Assembly: GCA_965112155.1 (NCBI GenBank) | Contig: OZ218102.1 | Source: Podarcis liolepis | Lineage: Eukaryota | Reading direction: 5' to 3' (one strand) | DNA: 64,000 nucleotides | Shown: positions 1 to 12,105 of the stretch, in pieces | Layout: every line of letters begins with the position of its first letter | How positions within the stretch are numbered: position 1 is the first letter of the stretch | The notes under the pieces: generated by a model | The model's input: the letters and a program-made list of their open reading frames with translations, nothing else | Databases searched by the model: none | What the model was told of the DNA's origin: nothing | Made by a program: the position numbers and the translations under genes

Positions 1-1808
1 TTAAAATGCAAACCTTGAATGGGAGAAGTGGGGTTGCATTTACTCAATGGAGGCATGGCAATCCCGCAAGCAAACAACATTTGTTTGTTTTTTAAAGGCT
101 TTGAGGAAGAGTATTTCAGTGGAAAAGGTGTTGATGTTTCTATCCTGATTTGAGTCACCTCCCCCCCCCCCTTTTTAGAGTAAGCCTTTGTGATAGTGAT
201 CTAAGATCCCTGTTTTGTTTAAAGAGCCATTATCTTTGGGAAATCATGAAAACTTTGTATGTCTATGGATGCTGGAATCCTGTAGCCTTATGTAAGGAAG
301 AAACTAGGCGTTGGGGAAATTTTGTAAAGCAAAGAAAGAATGATTTTGGTGACTGGAATACCAAATACATTTAAAACATTCTGTCCTCAAATGTAGAAAA
401 TAAGAAATATTCCATCCAGGGGAGGTGTGCTTTGGTAGGGTGGAAGCACTGAGGATTTATAATCCAGCTTTTTTTAACGTTACTATTGATAAGCTATCCT
501 GAGGTAAAGCACCAAGCTCACTTCAAATCTGCAGGGAAATGAGACTAATCAACAGCATTTGCACAATAATAATTGTGCAGGGCAGAGCAAGAAAGCAGTC
601 TCAGGCAAGGCAGCGAAAAATTGCCAACCCCTCACCCCCGCTCACCTCATTATTGGCTGCTAGTCCCTATGCTACCACCTAGCAAAGTGAACATGTCTGC
701 CACCCCATGCACCTTATTCTTCTTCACTGCAAGGAAGGTCCAAGGTCCCCCCCCCCCCCCGAGTGAGGCATTTTTCCAGGAGAGTCCTGGTGCCACCACT
801 GCAGTTTGCCACAGTGGGAAAAAATATCTTTACATTTTTCATTTAAAGTGGGAGACTTAGGCATGCACTTAAATCTCTCCCACTGAAAACAAAGGGTTTT
901 AAAATTCTTAGCTTTGTCTGAATGACTGCCCCATGTTGTTTTTTAAAAAACACATTTGCTGCCCACATGACGTGTTGCTGAGTTGCATTTTTGCCTATGC
1001 TGTTTGTAATTAGCTTCTGAGAATTAATGGGCTTGGTACAATTATCAGTCACTGTTCACTAGCCTTGTTGATAGTGGATCAATGCTTGCTTTGTGCATTA
1101 TTTTTTCAAGTTTTGTTTCTGAGGGCTAACAAACGTTTTTCTTAAAGGCAGAATCACATGTAGGGAGAGGCTATGCTAGAACCTTTCTCCGAGCGTGCAA
1201 GATTTTACATGCAGAAAATTAACTGACATAGTGGAGCATCCAAAAATGTCATTGTCCATCTGCAATCTAATGTGATGTAACCCAGGAAGGATGCTACCAC
1301 ATGATTCTGCCACATGACTCTAAGAATTTTGGAAAAATGCACTCCAAAATTTATCACTGTAAGTTTTTCACTACCATACTGATTTCGTACATCTGGAAGA
1401 TGATGTTTTGGGATACATTTCCATCTTCCGATCAGACTCTGACATGTTACGAATCCTATGTGCGGTTGGTGTCCACCTGTTTGCATACAGAGAAGACACT
1501 TCTGTTGAGGTAAGCCTACATATTCTCTATATTGGATTTCAAAAACTCTAAGAAAGCTGTTCAGCTCTCAGCCACTAATGGTTGTTCTAAGTACCTCTAG
1601 ATACTTTCATGTCACAGGCACACAATTCTCCCTTCATTTTTATTATATGGAGTTTGAGAAAGAGGCACATGCTGTATGTTTTAGTTTGGCACTGTAAGCA
1701 GATCAAGCGAAGCTTGCATCTTGGAAGCCACAGAGACTATTGCATCTCCACACCTACACACTGTTCATTCTAAAGTGAAGATGTACTGTTTGTTACAAGG
1801 CATGATGT

Positions 1809-2178
1809 AAAAGGTAAAAAGGTAAAGGTAAAGGACCCCTGTACGGTTAAGTCCAGTCAAAGGTGTCTATGGGGTTGCAGCGCTCATCTCGCTTTCAGGC
1901 TGAGGAAGCCGCGTTTTTCCACAGACAGCTTTCTGGGTCATGTGGCCAGCATGACTAAACAACTTCTGGCACAATGGAACACTGTGACAGAAGCCTGAGT
2001 GCATGGAAACACCATTTACCTCCCCCCCAGAGCGGGACCTATTTATCTACTTGCACTGGCATGCTTTCAAACTGCTAGGTTGGCAGAAGCTGGGACAGAG
2101 CAACGGGAGCTCACTCCGTCGCAGGGATTCGAACCGCCAACCTTCTGATTGGCAAGCCCAAGAGGCTCAGTGGTTTAG
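1809..2178 (-). mobile_element. Sauria SINE (Squam1)
   Basis: (AAAGGT)n is the reversed (ACCTTT)n tail, with a characteristic body. 14-bp TSD ACAAGGCATGATGT at 1795-1808 and 2179-2192. Confidence 0.88.
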
Positions 2179-2774
2179 ACAAGGCATGATGTGTGTTCAT
2201 ATGACCAAACCCATTCCTGTTCCCTCACTGTGGTCCAGTTCATACATTTCCAGAGCAACATGGTTGCTGTTTCCCACAGCCCCCATCCCATAAAGTTCCC
2301 GAAATATATGACACACTGAATTGTGTTGGAGGCGAAAGTCACAGGGGACTTTGCAGTGCCACATCTGCTAGAACTCAAGGGGAAGTACAGTGATGAAGGA
2401 GCCTCCTGGGATATCACTACACCCTACAGTATTAGCGTCGCATGGGATGGAGCCAGGTGAAGCAGCAGTAATGCTGCTTGGGGAATGTATGAATTGGGCT
2501 TTTGCTACGCAGCGTGAGTCAAATCAGAATAGGATGGGAATGGGTGCAAAAAATACAAAGGGAAGCTGACTTCAAGTGCCAACAAATATTCTGTAAAGGA
2601 TTGCATTTTTGCATGGGCGGGTGCATTCATATGCATTCTGAGCCAGAGGAGATGTTACTTGGTGGGAGGTGGCTAAGATACAGAGTTTCAGCCAAGGCAG
2701 TTTGGAATGAGTTGGGCCAAAAACTGTGAGAGTGAAGGAAGAGTAGCTGGCACATTTTCCTTGTCAGTACTTGC

Positions 2775-2867
2775 CTTACAAATCTCCGTCGCCACCAACA
2801 TGCTGAGGCAATTAAACCAGTTGTCGTACGCCTCCAGAGTGTAAGTCTTAGTAACGTCGCCTCGGCA
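2775..2867 (-). CDS. RASGEF1A: RASGEF1A coding exon (RasGEF catalytic domain); the gene continues beyond the left edge of the window
   Basis: 93 nt, CRGDVTKTYTLEAYDNWFNCLSMLVATEICK. Acceptor ctttcttttgcag|TGC, non-canonical donor AAG|gcaagt. I could not find the expected next exon (VVKKK.R..ML.FFIDVA) in 1-2774. Confidence 0.93.
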
Positions 2868-5157
2868 CTGCAAAAGAAAGGTTGTAAATTATGCCTGTAT
2901 GAAACGCCTGCAAAAAAAATGGTTGTTTCCAGTGACACCCATGCATCTCCACACAAGTGACTTCAGCTTGCATGCTTCAAAGACAGTCACACTCTCCAGG
3001 TTGCGATTCAGTGGCGACATGGGGCAAATGAACTCCCCCATCCCATGTGGTATCCTCCTTACTAGATCAGTGCCCTCTATTATTGGGGAAATGTTATGTC
3101 CTGAGTTCTGTCAGATGCAAAAGTATTCCCCATTTGAGACATTTCCAGCAATCAAGTGCCCCACATGGGCAATTCCCCCTCACCTCACAGGATTACAGCC
3201 TATGTGAGGTCGGGGAGCAGGGCTGAAGTCTCTGGCTCTGCCTCCTATGTCACTTCCTTGTCACCTGATCTGTGCACCTCTCACATATTGCAAGGGTAAC
3301 TTCTTCAGGGGATGGGACTGCTGTAAGTGTTGGATATGTAATGAGGGTGCCAGGCAAGACTCCCTGGGGAGAACCTTCCACAAGTGGGCAGCCATACCCT
3401 ACAAGTATGAGATGCAGTCTGGGCACTGACAACACCCCCTAAGGAAGGGGTGAGGCCCTGTTTCCTCCCTTGCACAATTATAATTGCGGGAGGGGAACTC
3501 CCCAAATATGGCCAATTGTTTTGGCTATAAGTGCACCATTAGAAATAAGAATTTTGGTTCTCTTTTATATCATTCTGAATTTTTGGTCTGGACAGCTGTC
3601 TGGGAAACCACTTAGAGCATTCAGAGAGAAAGGGGTGTATATTTCTCGTGCTTTTCCTCCTGAGGTGTTTGCGAAAATAGTAAGGATTTGCATATTGTCT
3701 TCAATAAGTGTGTAGGAATGACAAGCAGGGGGAAAATACACACTGTCCAAACCCATTTTGTCATATTTAAGAGATGACTGCATGTTCAGTAACATTATAT
3801 GCTAGTAGGGAACAATAGCCAAGGTGGGCGTACTCAACTCACTGTATGTAACTGAGAAACTTCAAATTGCTTTTAACCTTGAAGGAAGGTTGAAAAAAAA
3901 CAAAACAACATATGACACTTTGCTACCTGGGGACTTTAAGGAAAGAGGCTCAAAATAATAAGTACTGGTGTGAATTATGATATTTAATCTTTTCTTGTTG
4001 TTGTGTCTAGACAGATCCCAGTCTTGTGCAATATCCCTGCAGACTTCCTTGACCTCTGAATTCCATAATTGCTAACTTGCAGAAAAGAACTGCTACATAA
4101 GGTGCTCTTTACATGTTCTCCCAGCTGTGTAGGTGGCAGCTCACAAATAGGGATCTCTCTCTCTCCTATCTGAATAAAATCTACAGGGCACCTAAGAGAC
4201 AAAGGGGATGGGGGCAGCGATAGGGGCTATTGTCTTATCCAGCAATTTACTTGTTTATCCTCAATGCTTAAGTCTCATAAAGCATGAACAAAAAAATCCT
4301 CCTTCGTCTGTCATGCTATATGTATGCACAATATATTAAAATGTACTGGAAGCCTCAGCTAGTGAAGAAATCAGTGCAGTCAGCTTATTTAACAGGAGCT
4401 GTCCTATTAGAGCAGAGCTAGCCATATGGTCCTTACAGATGATATTGGACTTCAGCTCTCACAATCCCTGAACATTTACCAAGCTTGCTGAGAGTTGAGA
4501 GTTCAGCAACAAGTGAATGGCACCACACTGGCTATCCCTCTCTTAGAGTACACCCCTCTTTAGTCTCCCATATCCAAGTGCAGCTTGGTTGTCTGACAGT
4601 TCAAGAAACTAGCTAAATACTGCAGGTGATAATTTTCCTATTTCTTCCCATTCGATTCTTGGGTGTACAAAAACTTGGTATGTGCCATAGGAACAGGGTG
4701 TCAACTTAAATGTGGCAGATTGGGCAGCTATTGATGGAATGTCTACACCAGTTGTTGTGTACCAAAACTAGCATCAGCTCCAGTCACCACAGGGCTGTGA
4801 TTGATGGGAGTTGCGGTCCAAAATATCTAGAGGGCACCTGCTTGGCAAGGGGTGGCCTGCACTATGGATTTAGTCTGGTGTAACAGTAATCCTCTTTCTT
4901 GAGGAAATCCTGGAAACTGTAGTTCTGGGTGGAAGATAGTAGCCTAGTGATTTCTGGCCAAGGATCTTAATCCTAACCCATACCATGCCCTTACCAAGCT
5001 AAAATGCTCAAGATTCTTTGGGGGGAATTATAGCACTTAAACTGTTACAGAAACAAGATAAGTTTGCCTTTAATTTTAAACACCTGTATAAGCCATGCAC
5101 ACAATGTTACCTGTAGCCCTGTTTCAAATTGCCACTGCGTTCACACTTTGTACACAC

Positions 5158-5232
5158 CTTGTGATTATCCAGGGAGTCCACGTGGCTGACTATTTGCATG
5201 AGGTCCTCGGGGTAAATGTTGCTCACCCTCTC
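5158..5232 (-). CDS. RASGEF1A: RASGEF1A coding exon
   Basis: 75 nt, ERVSNIYPEDLMQIVSHVDSLDNHK. Acceptor tgtatctag|GAG, donor AAG|gtgtgt. Confidence 0.93.
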
Positions 5233-6001
5233 CTAGATACAGCAAGATAGCAAAGGCCGTCAATTTTGCAAGCACACATATGAGGAACAGAGAGCTGTGA
5301 CAGCCAGCCAGCCCTGTCGGGCCAGATCAGATTCTAGCTGCTCAGCACAGCAGAGAGGAGTGATGGGTGGGCAAAATAACCATTGATGTAGTGGGGCAGG
5401 TGGTTTCACAGCTGCATATTCACCAGCAGAGCTTCCAGGTTAATATTTGGCATCCCTTACTCCAGGTCAGGGAACCAGGGGACAGTAATGCAGATATGTG
5501 GTTGGACCTTTAAGAGAGGTGGTCCTTGGGAAAGATTTCTGCTTTCATTTGTCTCTCCTAGTCTCTGGGTGTGTTAGCCTTGCTCTGAGATGACATTTGA
5601 AACCAGTCCTGGTAGCATGTATGGATGGGTTGAGTGGCTGAAGTACTCATTAGAACGATTTAGAAGACAGTGAGCTTCTGATGTTGACTGTGACTCCTCT
5701 TCCCCCTCCCTTTTCCCCCTTGAGATATTCCAAATCAGGAACAAGAGTTTGATAATGCAATGAATCTCCTAAAAGAGGTTGCAGGAGTGAGAAAGTGATC
5801 AGTCGCAAGTGGTCTTTTCTCTCTCCAGCTCAAGTGAGTTCATTGTCTCTGTAACTGCCAGGCTCCCTTCTTCCTTCGGTCTCTCTTATATCTAGAAGCC
5901 ACTTTTCTCAAACCTTCAAGCTGTAACTCAGAGCTCGGCTGGAGAACAGCTTGCCCTGGCCCTGCTAAACCTTCAAGTAGATGGAAGATAAAGGAACTCA
6001 C

Positions 6002-6223
6002 CAGCTCAATGTGTGTGAGTTGCTGCGCAAGGACAAGTGGGTCACAGCAAACACTCAGTATGTCTTTCTGTGACGACTGAGGCTTTGTTTTAAGGATTGT
6101 GCCTTTGTCAGTCACGGGTTGGCGGAACTTCTCTCTGATCTCCTGGTACTGATTGCGTGCCGCAAGAGTCATCAGTAGATTCTGCGTCATCTGGCTGATG
6201 ATCTTCTTCACAGTTCCATTTTC
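6002..6223 (-). CDS. RASGEF1A: RASGEF1A coding exon (linker and start of CDC25-like RasGEF domain)
   Basis: 222 nt, ENGTVKKIISQMTQNLLMTLAARNQYQEIREKFRQPVTDKGTILKTKPQSSQKDILSVCCDPLVLAQQLTHIEL. Acceptor ttattgattag|GAA, donor CTG|gtgagt. Overlaps ORF 5840..6211. Confidence 0.96.
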
Positions 6224-6610
6224 CTAATCAATAAAACAGACTGTTGTTAATTATTCCTGGCTGAGGAAATTCTAGATTGCCTCTTTGTTAATCAGAATTA
6301 CGCTGGAAAGATTTCTGACTGGGATACTAGAATTCAGTATCAAGTCAGTTCATGTGCTGAATAAGCCCTCAGGAGGATTGGAGAGCTTTTTGCAGATGAA
6401 TTGTATCATCATTCCGATTTGTGTAGGATTGCCAGGTGATTTGAGATACCAGCCAAAACAGGGAGGATGCTAAGTACTTAAATGACTTGAGTCAACAATG
6501 CCCCCGAATGGAAGCTACAACTGCCAATCCATTCTAGTCATATAGAACTACTAGAACAGCTTACAGTTTATAGTCTTAGCCAGCCAGCTAGCTAGCCAGC
6601 CAGCAATTAG

Positions 6611-6750
6611 CCTAGGATAGCTCACTTGGGTAGAGTGTGGTGCTGATAATGCCAAGGTTTGATCCCTACATGGGACAGCTGCATATTCCTGCACTGAAAG
6701 GAGTTGGACTACATGAGCCTCAGGATTCTAACTATACAACTCTATGATTC
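6611..6750 (+). mobile_element. SINE with tRNA-Ile-like head and CR1-derived tail (degraded)
   Basis: Homologous to the 26081 copy and ends in CAACTCTATGATTCT. Confidence 0.7.
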
Positions 6751-7871
6751 TAGTTCAGTTAACAGTTGGACGGTTTTGTTTCAAATCACATGGGAGCTAA
6801 CAATCAAGGAAAGAGCCAGCTCAGTGACTCTTAGCCCAAAGCACAGTTCAACATCAGCTGCAACATCAGGAATGCAGGAGAATATGAGGGAAAGTGAGTA
6901 TATTAAGATGCTCCACCTTTCCTTGATAGAGGCATCTAGTCAAGAATATTTAGGTTGCTTTCCATGTTATCTGTGTAATGTATAGCCTTGCTAAAGTCCT
7001 GCGGAAGAGGAACAATAACCTCTCACCTTAGAAACAAGCTCTAGTTACATATATAAGCAGGGACAACGTTGCCACAACTGACTGAGTCTGCCTAAACTCT
7101 CCTTGCTGACGTCTGTGTTAATTTGGCTTGTTGCTCAATTGTGACCTCAAGCGCATGGCCATGAACCTTGATAAATGTTGTCATCCTGCTTGCATAGGCA
7201 TGTAGGCTGCTTGATCTTCCTTTAGTATTCCTTACTGCACTGAGACTTTAAAGAACTGCCTACGCAATACACTTGGGCCCTGCTCATGTCTGAAATCCTT
7301 GGTATGTCTTGCATCTTTGCTTACTCAGGCAGCAAAAGCAGCCTGTCTGTGTCATCCTTGAGTCTCCACGGCAAGCGACATTGCCAATGTCAGCATGTTT
7401 ATTTTATGGCTGTTACCTGACTGCTATGTTACCACAGCATATGAATATAAGCACAAAAGTCTGACAAGTAGAACCATGTCCCTAGGATGCCCTAGACATC
7501 AGAAACATGGGCTGAGAGAGTTACCTTGGCTAGCCTAAACCTACAGCAGAGGTTAATCTCACTGGGCCTCCTCGCAGAGTGTCACATGTGTGATGTCATG
7601 CACACGCAAAGGGCCTCCTCCCCAAAGTCGGGCAGAGCTTGGCGCCTCTGACATGCACCAACCTCCCCTTTGTTTCCACAGATACTTCAGATATTGCATT
7701 TTGGGGACATATAGACAAGAGTGAGTATGCAATCTTCAGATCAGCAAGATCTGATTTTTCAAATGGTGATTTGATGTTCCCACATTATTACCACTTAAAT
7801 GTGAAGGATTGCACATGGCTCTCAATTGAAAAGACATATGTCTAGATCAGGCTGATATCCTAGGTACACTT

Positions 7872-8215
7872 AAAGGTAAAGGTAAAGGGATCCCTGACCA
7901 TTAGGCCCAGTCGTGGCCGACTCTGGGGTTGCGGTGCTCATCTCACTTTATTGGCCGAGGGAGCCGGCGTACAGCTTCCGGGTCATGTGGCCAGCATGAC
8001 TAAGCCGCTTCTGGCGAACCAGAACGGTGCATGGAAACGCCGTTTACCTTCCCGCCAGAGTGGTACCTATTTATCTACTTGCACTTTGACATGCTTTCGA
8101 ACATGCTAGGTTGGCAGGAGCAGGGACCGAGCAAAGGGAGCTCACCCCGTCGCGGGGATTTGAACCGGCAAATCCTAGGCTCTGTGGTTTAACCCACAGC
8201 GCCACCCGCGTCCCT
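7872..8215 (-). mobile_element. Sauria SINE (Squam1), near full length and CpG-rich (young)
   Basis: AAAGGTAAAGGTAAAGG tail and 5' end GGGACGCGGGTGGCGCTGTGGGTTAAACC on minus. TSD TAGGTACA(C/T)TT at 7861-7871 and 8216-8226. Inserted into an older short palindromic repeat. Confidence 0.9.
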
Positions 8216-9227
8216 TAGGTACATTTACCTGAGTGTAAATCACACTGAAGCCAGTGGGGCTTACTTTTGAGTAGACATGTACAGAAATTGTACATCATAA
8301 GCAGGTGGCCTTATAGCAGTTTATTGTTTTTTTGCATAGGTATGCAAACACATATAGACAACTCTCCCGGTCCCCATTTTATTGGCTCGCATGCTATTGT
8401 TGATCTTGTTGGATATTTGTAGGCATGTTTTACAGCCTGAGAAGCATAGGCCTTTACCAAGATGAATTATTTTTACAACTTATTATTCTTGATTCAGGTA
8501 TAGCCTCGCTGATGAATGGGAGACAAGGAGGAAACAGGAGTGTTTCCTCCAATTTTAAAAATGACCCAGTTAATGAAAACTGAACATAAAACAAAATATA
8601 ATTGTTTTCCTTTAGTGTAAGATTGTACGAGTGTTTTTGCGCACACCGTTTAAAAACCCAGCACATAGCCTTAATCATTTCCTCTTGCCTTCAGGTTGTG
8701 ACAGCTTAATAAAATGCAGGTAAACAACATTGCTGACATCCTGAAACTTGTCATGCTACTCTTGACAACACCTTTAATATCAAAGCATCACCTCCAATCA
8801 TCATGCATTGCTGCCAAAGCTGTTGCACTACTCTAGTCTTTTTGGCCATTAACATTTTAAACAGACACATGCCTGTCACTCTTAAACCTCTGGGGCCAAT
8901 CTCAAATATATATTTGGAACAGTCATTTCAAAAAGACAGCATTCTTCTCGCTCTACCCTTTATAGTACTTAGGCAACATGCCTAACCAGACATAGACTCA
9001 GGAAGCAAATACCACTGAACTCAGCTAGACTTTGGAGTAAACAACTTTAGGATTATGCTGTAAGGATCTAGTTAGAGCCTTTTATCCCCTCCTACCTGTG
9101 TGCTTTCAGAATGTATTTGATTTATCAACATAAAATAAGGTACAATAGGCAGTTTTTAATCACAAGGCCATGTGTGAATTTTGTACCTTGGCACCACTTG
9201 GTAGGCTGTGCCTTGATGCACAGACAA

Positions 9228-9345
9228 TTCATATAGAATCAGAACTGTAGAGTTGGAAGGGACCCCAAGGGTCATCTAGTCCAACCCTCTGCAAGGCAGG
9301 AAACTCAGCTAAAGCATCCGTGACAGATGGCCGCCAACCTACCTG
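9228..9345 (-). mobile_element. CR1 LINE 3' terminus
   Basis: TAGAATCAGAACTGTAGAGTTGGAAGGGACCCCAAGGGTCATCTAGTCCAACC is a reversed CR1 3' end with no tRNA head. Confidence 0.7.
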
Positions 9346-9777
9346 AGAAGCCCTTTCCAATTTTACAGTGAGATATGGAAATTCTAAAGGAATATGTTGA
9401 CATCACACCAGCAGTAAGAAAAAATAATAGGCCAGTTGCCTTACAGGAATATGGCGAACATCCAAGCACTATCCAATAGTATGCCACACAAGTGGAGCCT
9501 GCAAGAAAATGTTGCAGTGTACCCTCCCTCCCTAGAAGGAGTGCTTCTGTTCAGGGTTCTAGGCAGCCGTTCCTTCTAGACATGACATTCCACTCTCTTC
9601 CAACTGTTGTTTTTCTATTCCAATTGATTCTTAGTGTCCCTGGCTACTGAGGGCACTCAGTTTTCATTTAGCTGTATTTTCTGATGTAGCAGAGGGCTAC
9701 CCACTTAGACCTGTTTTTGTTTTAATTTAAAAAAACACAACATTTTGCTCTTCTGCAAACCTCAGGGCCTCCCTAAG

Positions 9778-10010
9778 CAGTGGCGGAGCTAGTCGCTCAG
9801 GCACCCGGAGAGGCGCATATGCCGTGCAACCGGGGGTGGGTTGATTTGCCCAGGGGGGCCGAATGGCATGGCAGCAATACACCCAGGGGGCTGATCGGCG
9901 TGACGGTGATCCACCCGGGGGGCCAATTGGTGCGGCAACGATCTACTGGGTTTTTTTTGTTACCCCCCTGGAATGACGTGGGGCAGGCTGCCCCCACCGC
10001 CCCATGCCCC
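9778..10010. mobile_element. GC-rich hAT-like non-autonomous element remnant
   Basis: Begins CAGTGGCGGAGCT, similar to the 46418 TIR, with a GC/CpG-rich body in an AT-rich intron. Right terminus unclear. Confidence 0.5.
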
Positions 10011-10430
10011 ATACCAATTGATACCTCCCTCTCCCCCAACCCCAGTGGCCTTTCTGGGCTCTTGTCTTCACCACTTGAGATTAGGGGGAGCAAGTGAAAC
10101 ACATATATGGTGGTTTGGGCTCTCTCATTGCTAGGATTACATTAAGACCGGTCCCATATGGGGGTTGCAATGGTAGCAAGTACCGTGCGTTACTCAATAG
10201 TGGTGGTGTGGTCAGTTGTACATAAAATTTGAGGAGTGAGAGGTCCCTGAAAAGGCAAAAAGGGCCAACTCCTCTGCTCTTGTTAATACCATTTAGGCAA
10301 GTCATGGTCAGCAGTTGTGGTGCCTCAACGCATCTAGCAAATATTTGCAACCTGTCAAGACAAATTATAGGTTGGGACGGGTGGTGGTGGTATCTGTTCC
10401 ACCTGCATGTGTGTGTGTTCCTCCCCTTAC

Positions 10431-10568
10431 CTCATCACACTGTGTGATCCTGTGAGCAATTTCCTTCAGCTCTTTCATAGATTTTTCATCCTGGAAGTCA
10501 TAGGGGAAGGTTTCAGTCCATTCTTTCAGGAGCTGAATGATCTTGGCAGCAAAGGACTTAAGCTTTGC
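10431..10568 (-). CDS. RASGEF1A: RASGEF1A coding exon
   Basis: 138 nt, AKLKSFAAKIIQLLKEWTETFPYDFQDEKSMKELKEIAHRITQCDE, including the REM-domain LLKEW..FP.DF motif. Acceptor ttctttcctag|GCA, donor GAG|gtaagg. Confidence 0.95.
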
Positions 10569-11583
10569 CTAGGAAAGAATGCAGAGTGGTTAAGCAATGA
10601 GCCAAGGAGACTTTCCTTGATGGTGACTTCTGGGTAACCAGATGGCACCCCAAGTGCCAAATCTTTGAATCATTAACAGTGGCATATGAAAACAAAAGGA
10701 AAAATAAGTTGTGTTAGGCTAAAGTCTCAGCTGGTCTTACAAATCCCTTTCTGTCTTTCTTCCAATAGGGAGCATTAAAAAGAGAGAGCAGGTGTGTCTA
10801 ATGCTTAGCTCAGCATCCTCAAAGCTTTGCATCAGTGTGGTGTGTGTTGGGGGGGGGTGCAGTTTGGTTCTTCCAGCTGTCTCAAGTGCATACACAACAG
10901 CCATAAAAGAAAGGAAAAATTAAGGGATACCTTTGATGCAAAGTTTTAGCGGCTTGCTCTACGGCTTTAAAGCACATTTTGTCAGAAAGCTCTGTCTCCA
11001 GCTTCTTCCATACAGACAATGCATCCCTTGGGTTTATTTTGTTTTAGACATTAGCCAGTCAAAGTTAAGCACGTTGATTTAAGCGTATGCTTAGCTTCCT
11101 CGTTAAAAACAACAGGAAGCGAAACCGCTTTTAACTGTGACTGGATTGTGGCATTTATTTATGTGTCCCGCAGCGCTGCAAGTCCTCATAGCAGCTTACA
11201 AAATATCAACATAAAAATAAATGTGGTTTCATGCCAATTTGATGCCTGATATTTAAAATGCACAGTAAACTGCCCCACAAACACACAGAGACAAGCAGGC
11301 AGGGTGAAGGAAAGGCACTGTCTCCTCTGGCAGCTCAAAAGCTGTTTGTTAAAAAAAAAACACACAAAAAACAAAAGAAGGTTTTGCCAGGTGGGTTTCT
11401 CAGGGAGAGTTACAACGAGAAAGGACTCCAGGTTTGCAAAGATTGCCCTAAGCAGAGCTGCTTCTGAATATCATAATGAATATGAAGGAATAAAGTGCTG
11501 AGGTGCTCCTTCAGATACTGAGGGCCCAGGGCTTTTGGGGTTCTGAAAATCAAAACCAGCCCTTTGAACAAGCTTGCAAAGTG

Positions 11584-11745
11584 GGAAGGAACCTAGGTCA
11601 GTGGCAGAACATATTCGTTACATGTAAAAGATCTTGGGTTCAACCTGGTATCTCCAGGTAGGCCTTATGAAAGACTTCTGCCTAAGACCTTGGAGTGCTG
11701 CTGCCAGTTACTGAGCTGCATAGATCAATGGTCTAACTCGTTCCT
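11584..11745 (+). mobile_element. Squam3-like tRNA-derived SINE (degraded)
   Basis: A/B-box-like head followed by CTCCAGGTAGG...CTGCCTAAGACCTTGGAGTGCTGCTGCCAGT...CAATGGTCTAACTC. Confidence 0.6.
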
Positions 11746-11863
11746 AAATCCAGTGTAAATATTTAAGATAGGTGGTGATTCCTGCAGCAAATGGCCATTG
11801 GGCACCTTGAATTGGACCAAGTGTTATTTCCAGCACTTCCCAAAATCCAGTGCATTTACTATA

Positions 11864-12105
11864 CAGTGCTACCTCGGATTAAGTACTTAATTCGTTCCAG
11901 AGGTCCGTTCTTAACCTGAAACTGTTCTTAACCTGAAGCACCACTTTAGCTAATGGGGCCTCCTGCTGCTGCCACGCCGCTGGAGCATGATTTCTGTTCT
12001 CATCCTGAAACAAAGTTCTTAACCTGAAGCACTATTTCTGGGTTAGCAGAGTCTGTAACCTGAAGCGTATATAACCTGAAGCATATTTAACCTGAGGTAC
12101 CACTG
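11864..12105 (+). mobile_element. Tc1/mariner (pogo/Tigger-like) MITE
   Basis: TIR CAGTG(G/C)TACCTC...GAGGTACCACTG, TA TSD on both sides, internal TAACCTGAAG repeats. Confidence 0.88.

Noticed and set aside
1205-1513. Overlapping ORFs on both strands and a plus-strand GAG|gtaagc donor near 1509
   Set aside because: No similarity to the expected next RASGEF1A exon or any protein I recognise, and no partner exon found.
5840-6001. C-terminal part of ORF 5840..6211 (VSSFIFHLLEG...)
   Set aside because: Read-through past the CTG|gtgagt donor into intron. Homology stops at THIEL.
11864-12105. Regularly spaced TAACCTGAAG units resembling a repeat-spacer array
   Set aside because: Internal subrepeats of a Tc1/mariner MITE found in four copies. 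The context is eukaryotic and this is not CRISPR.
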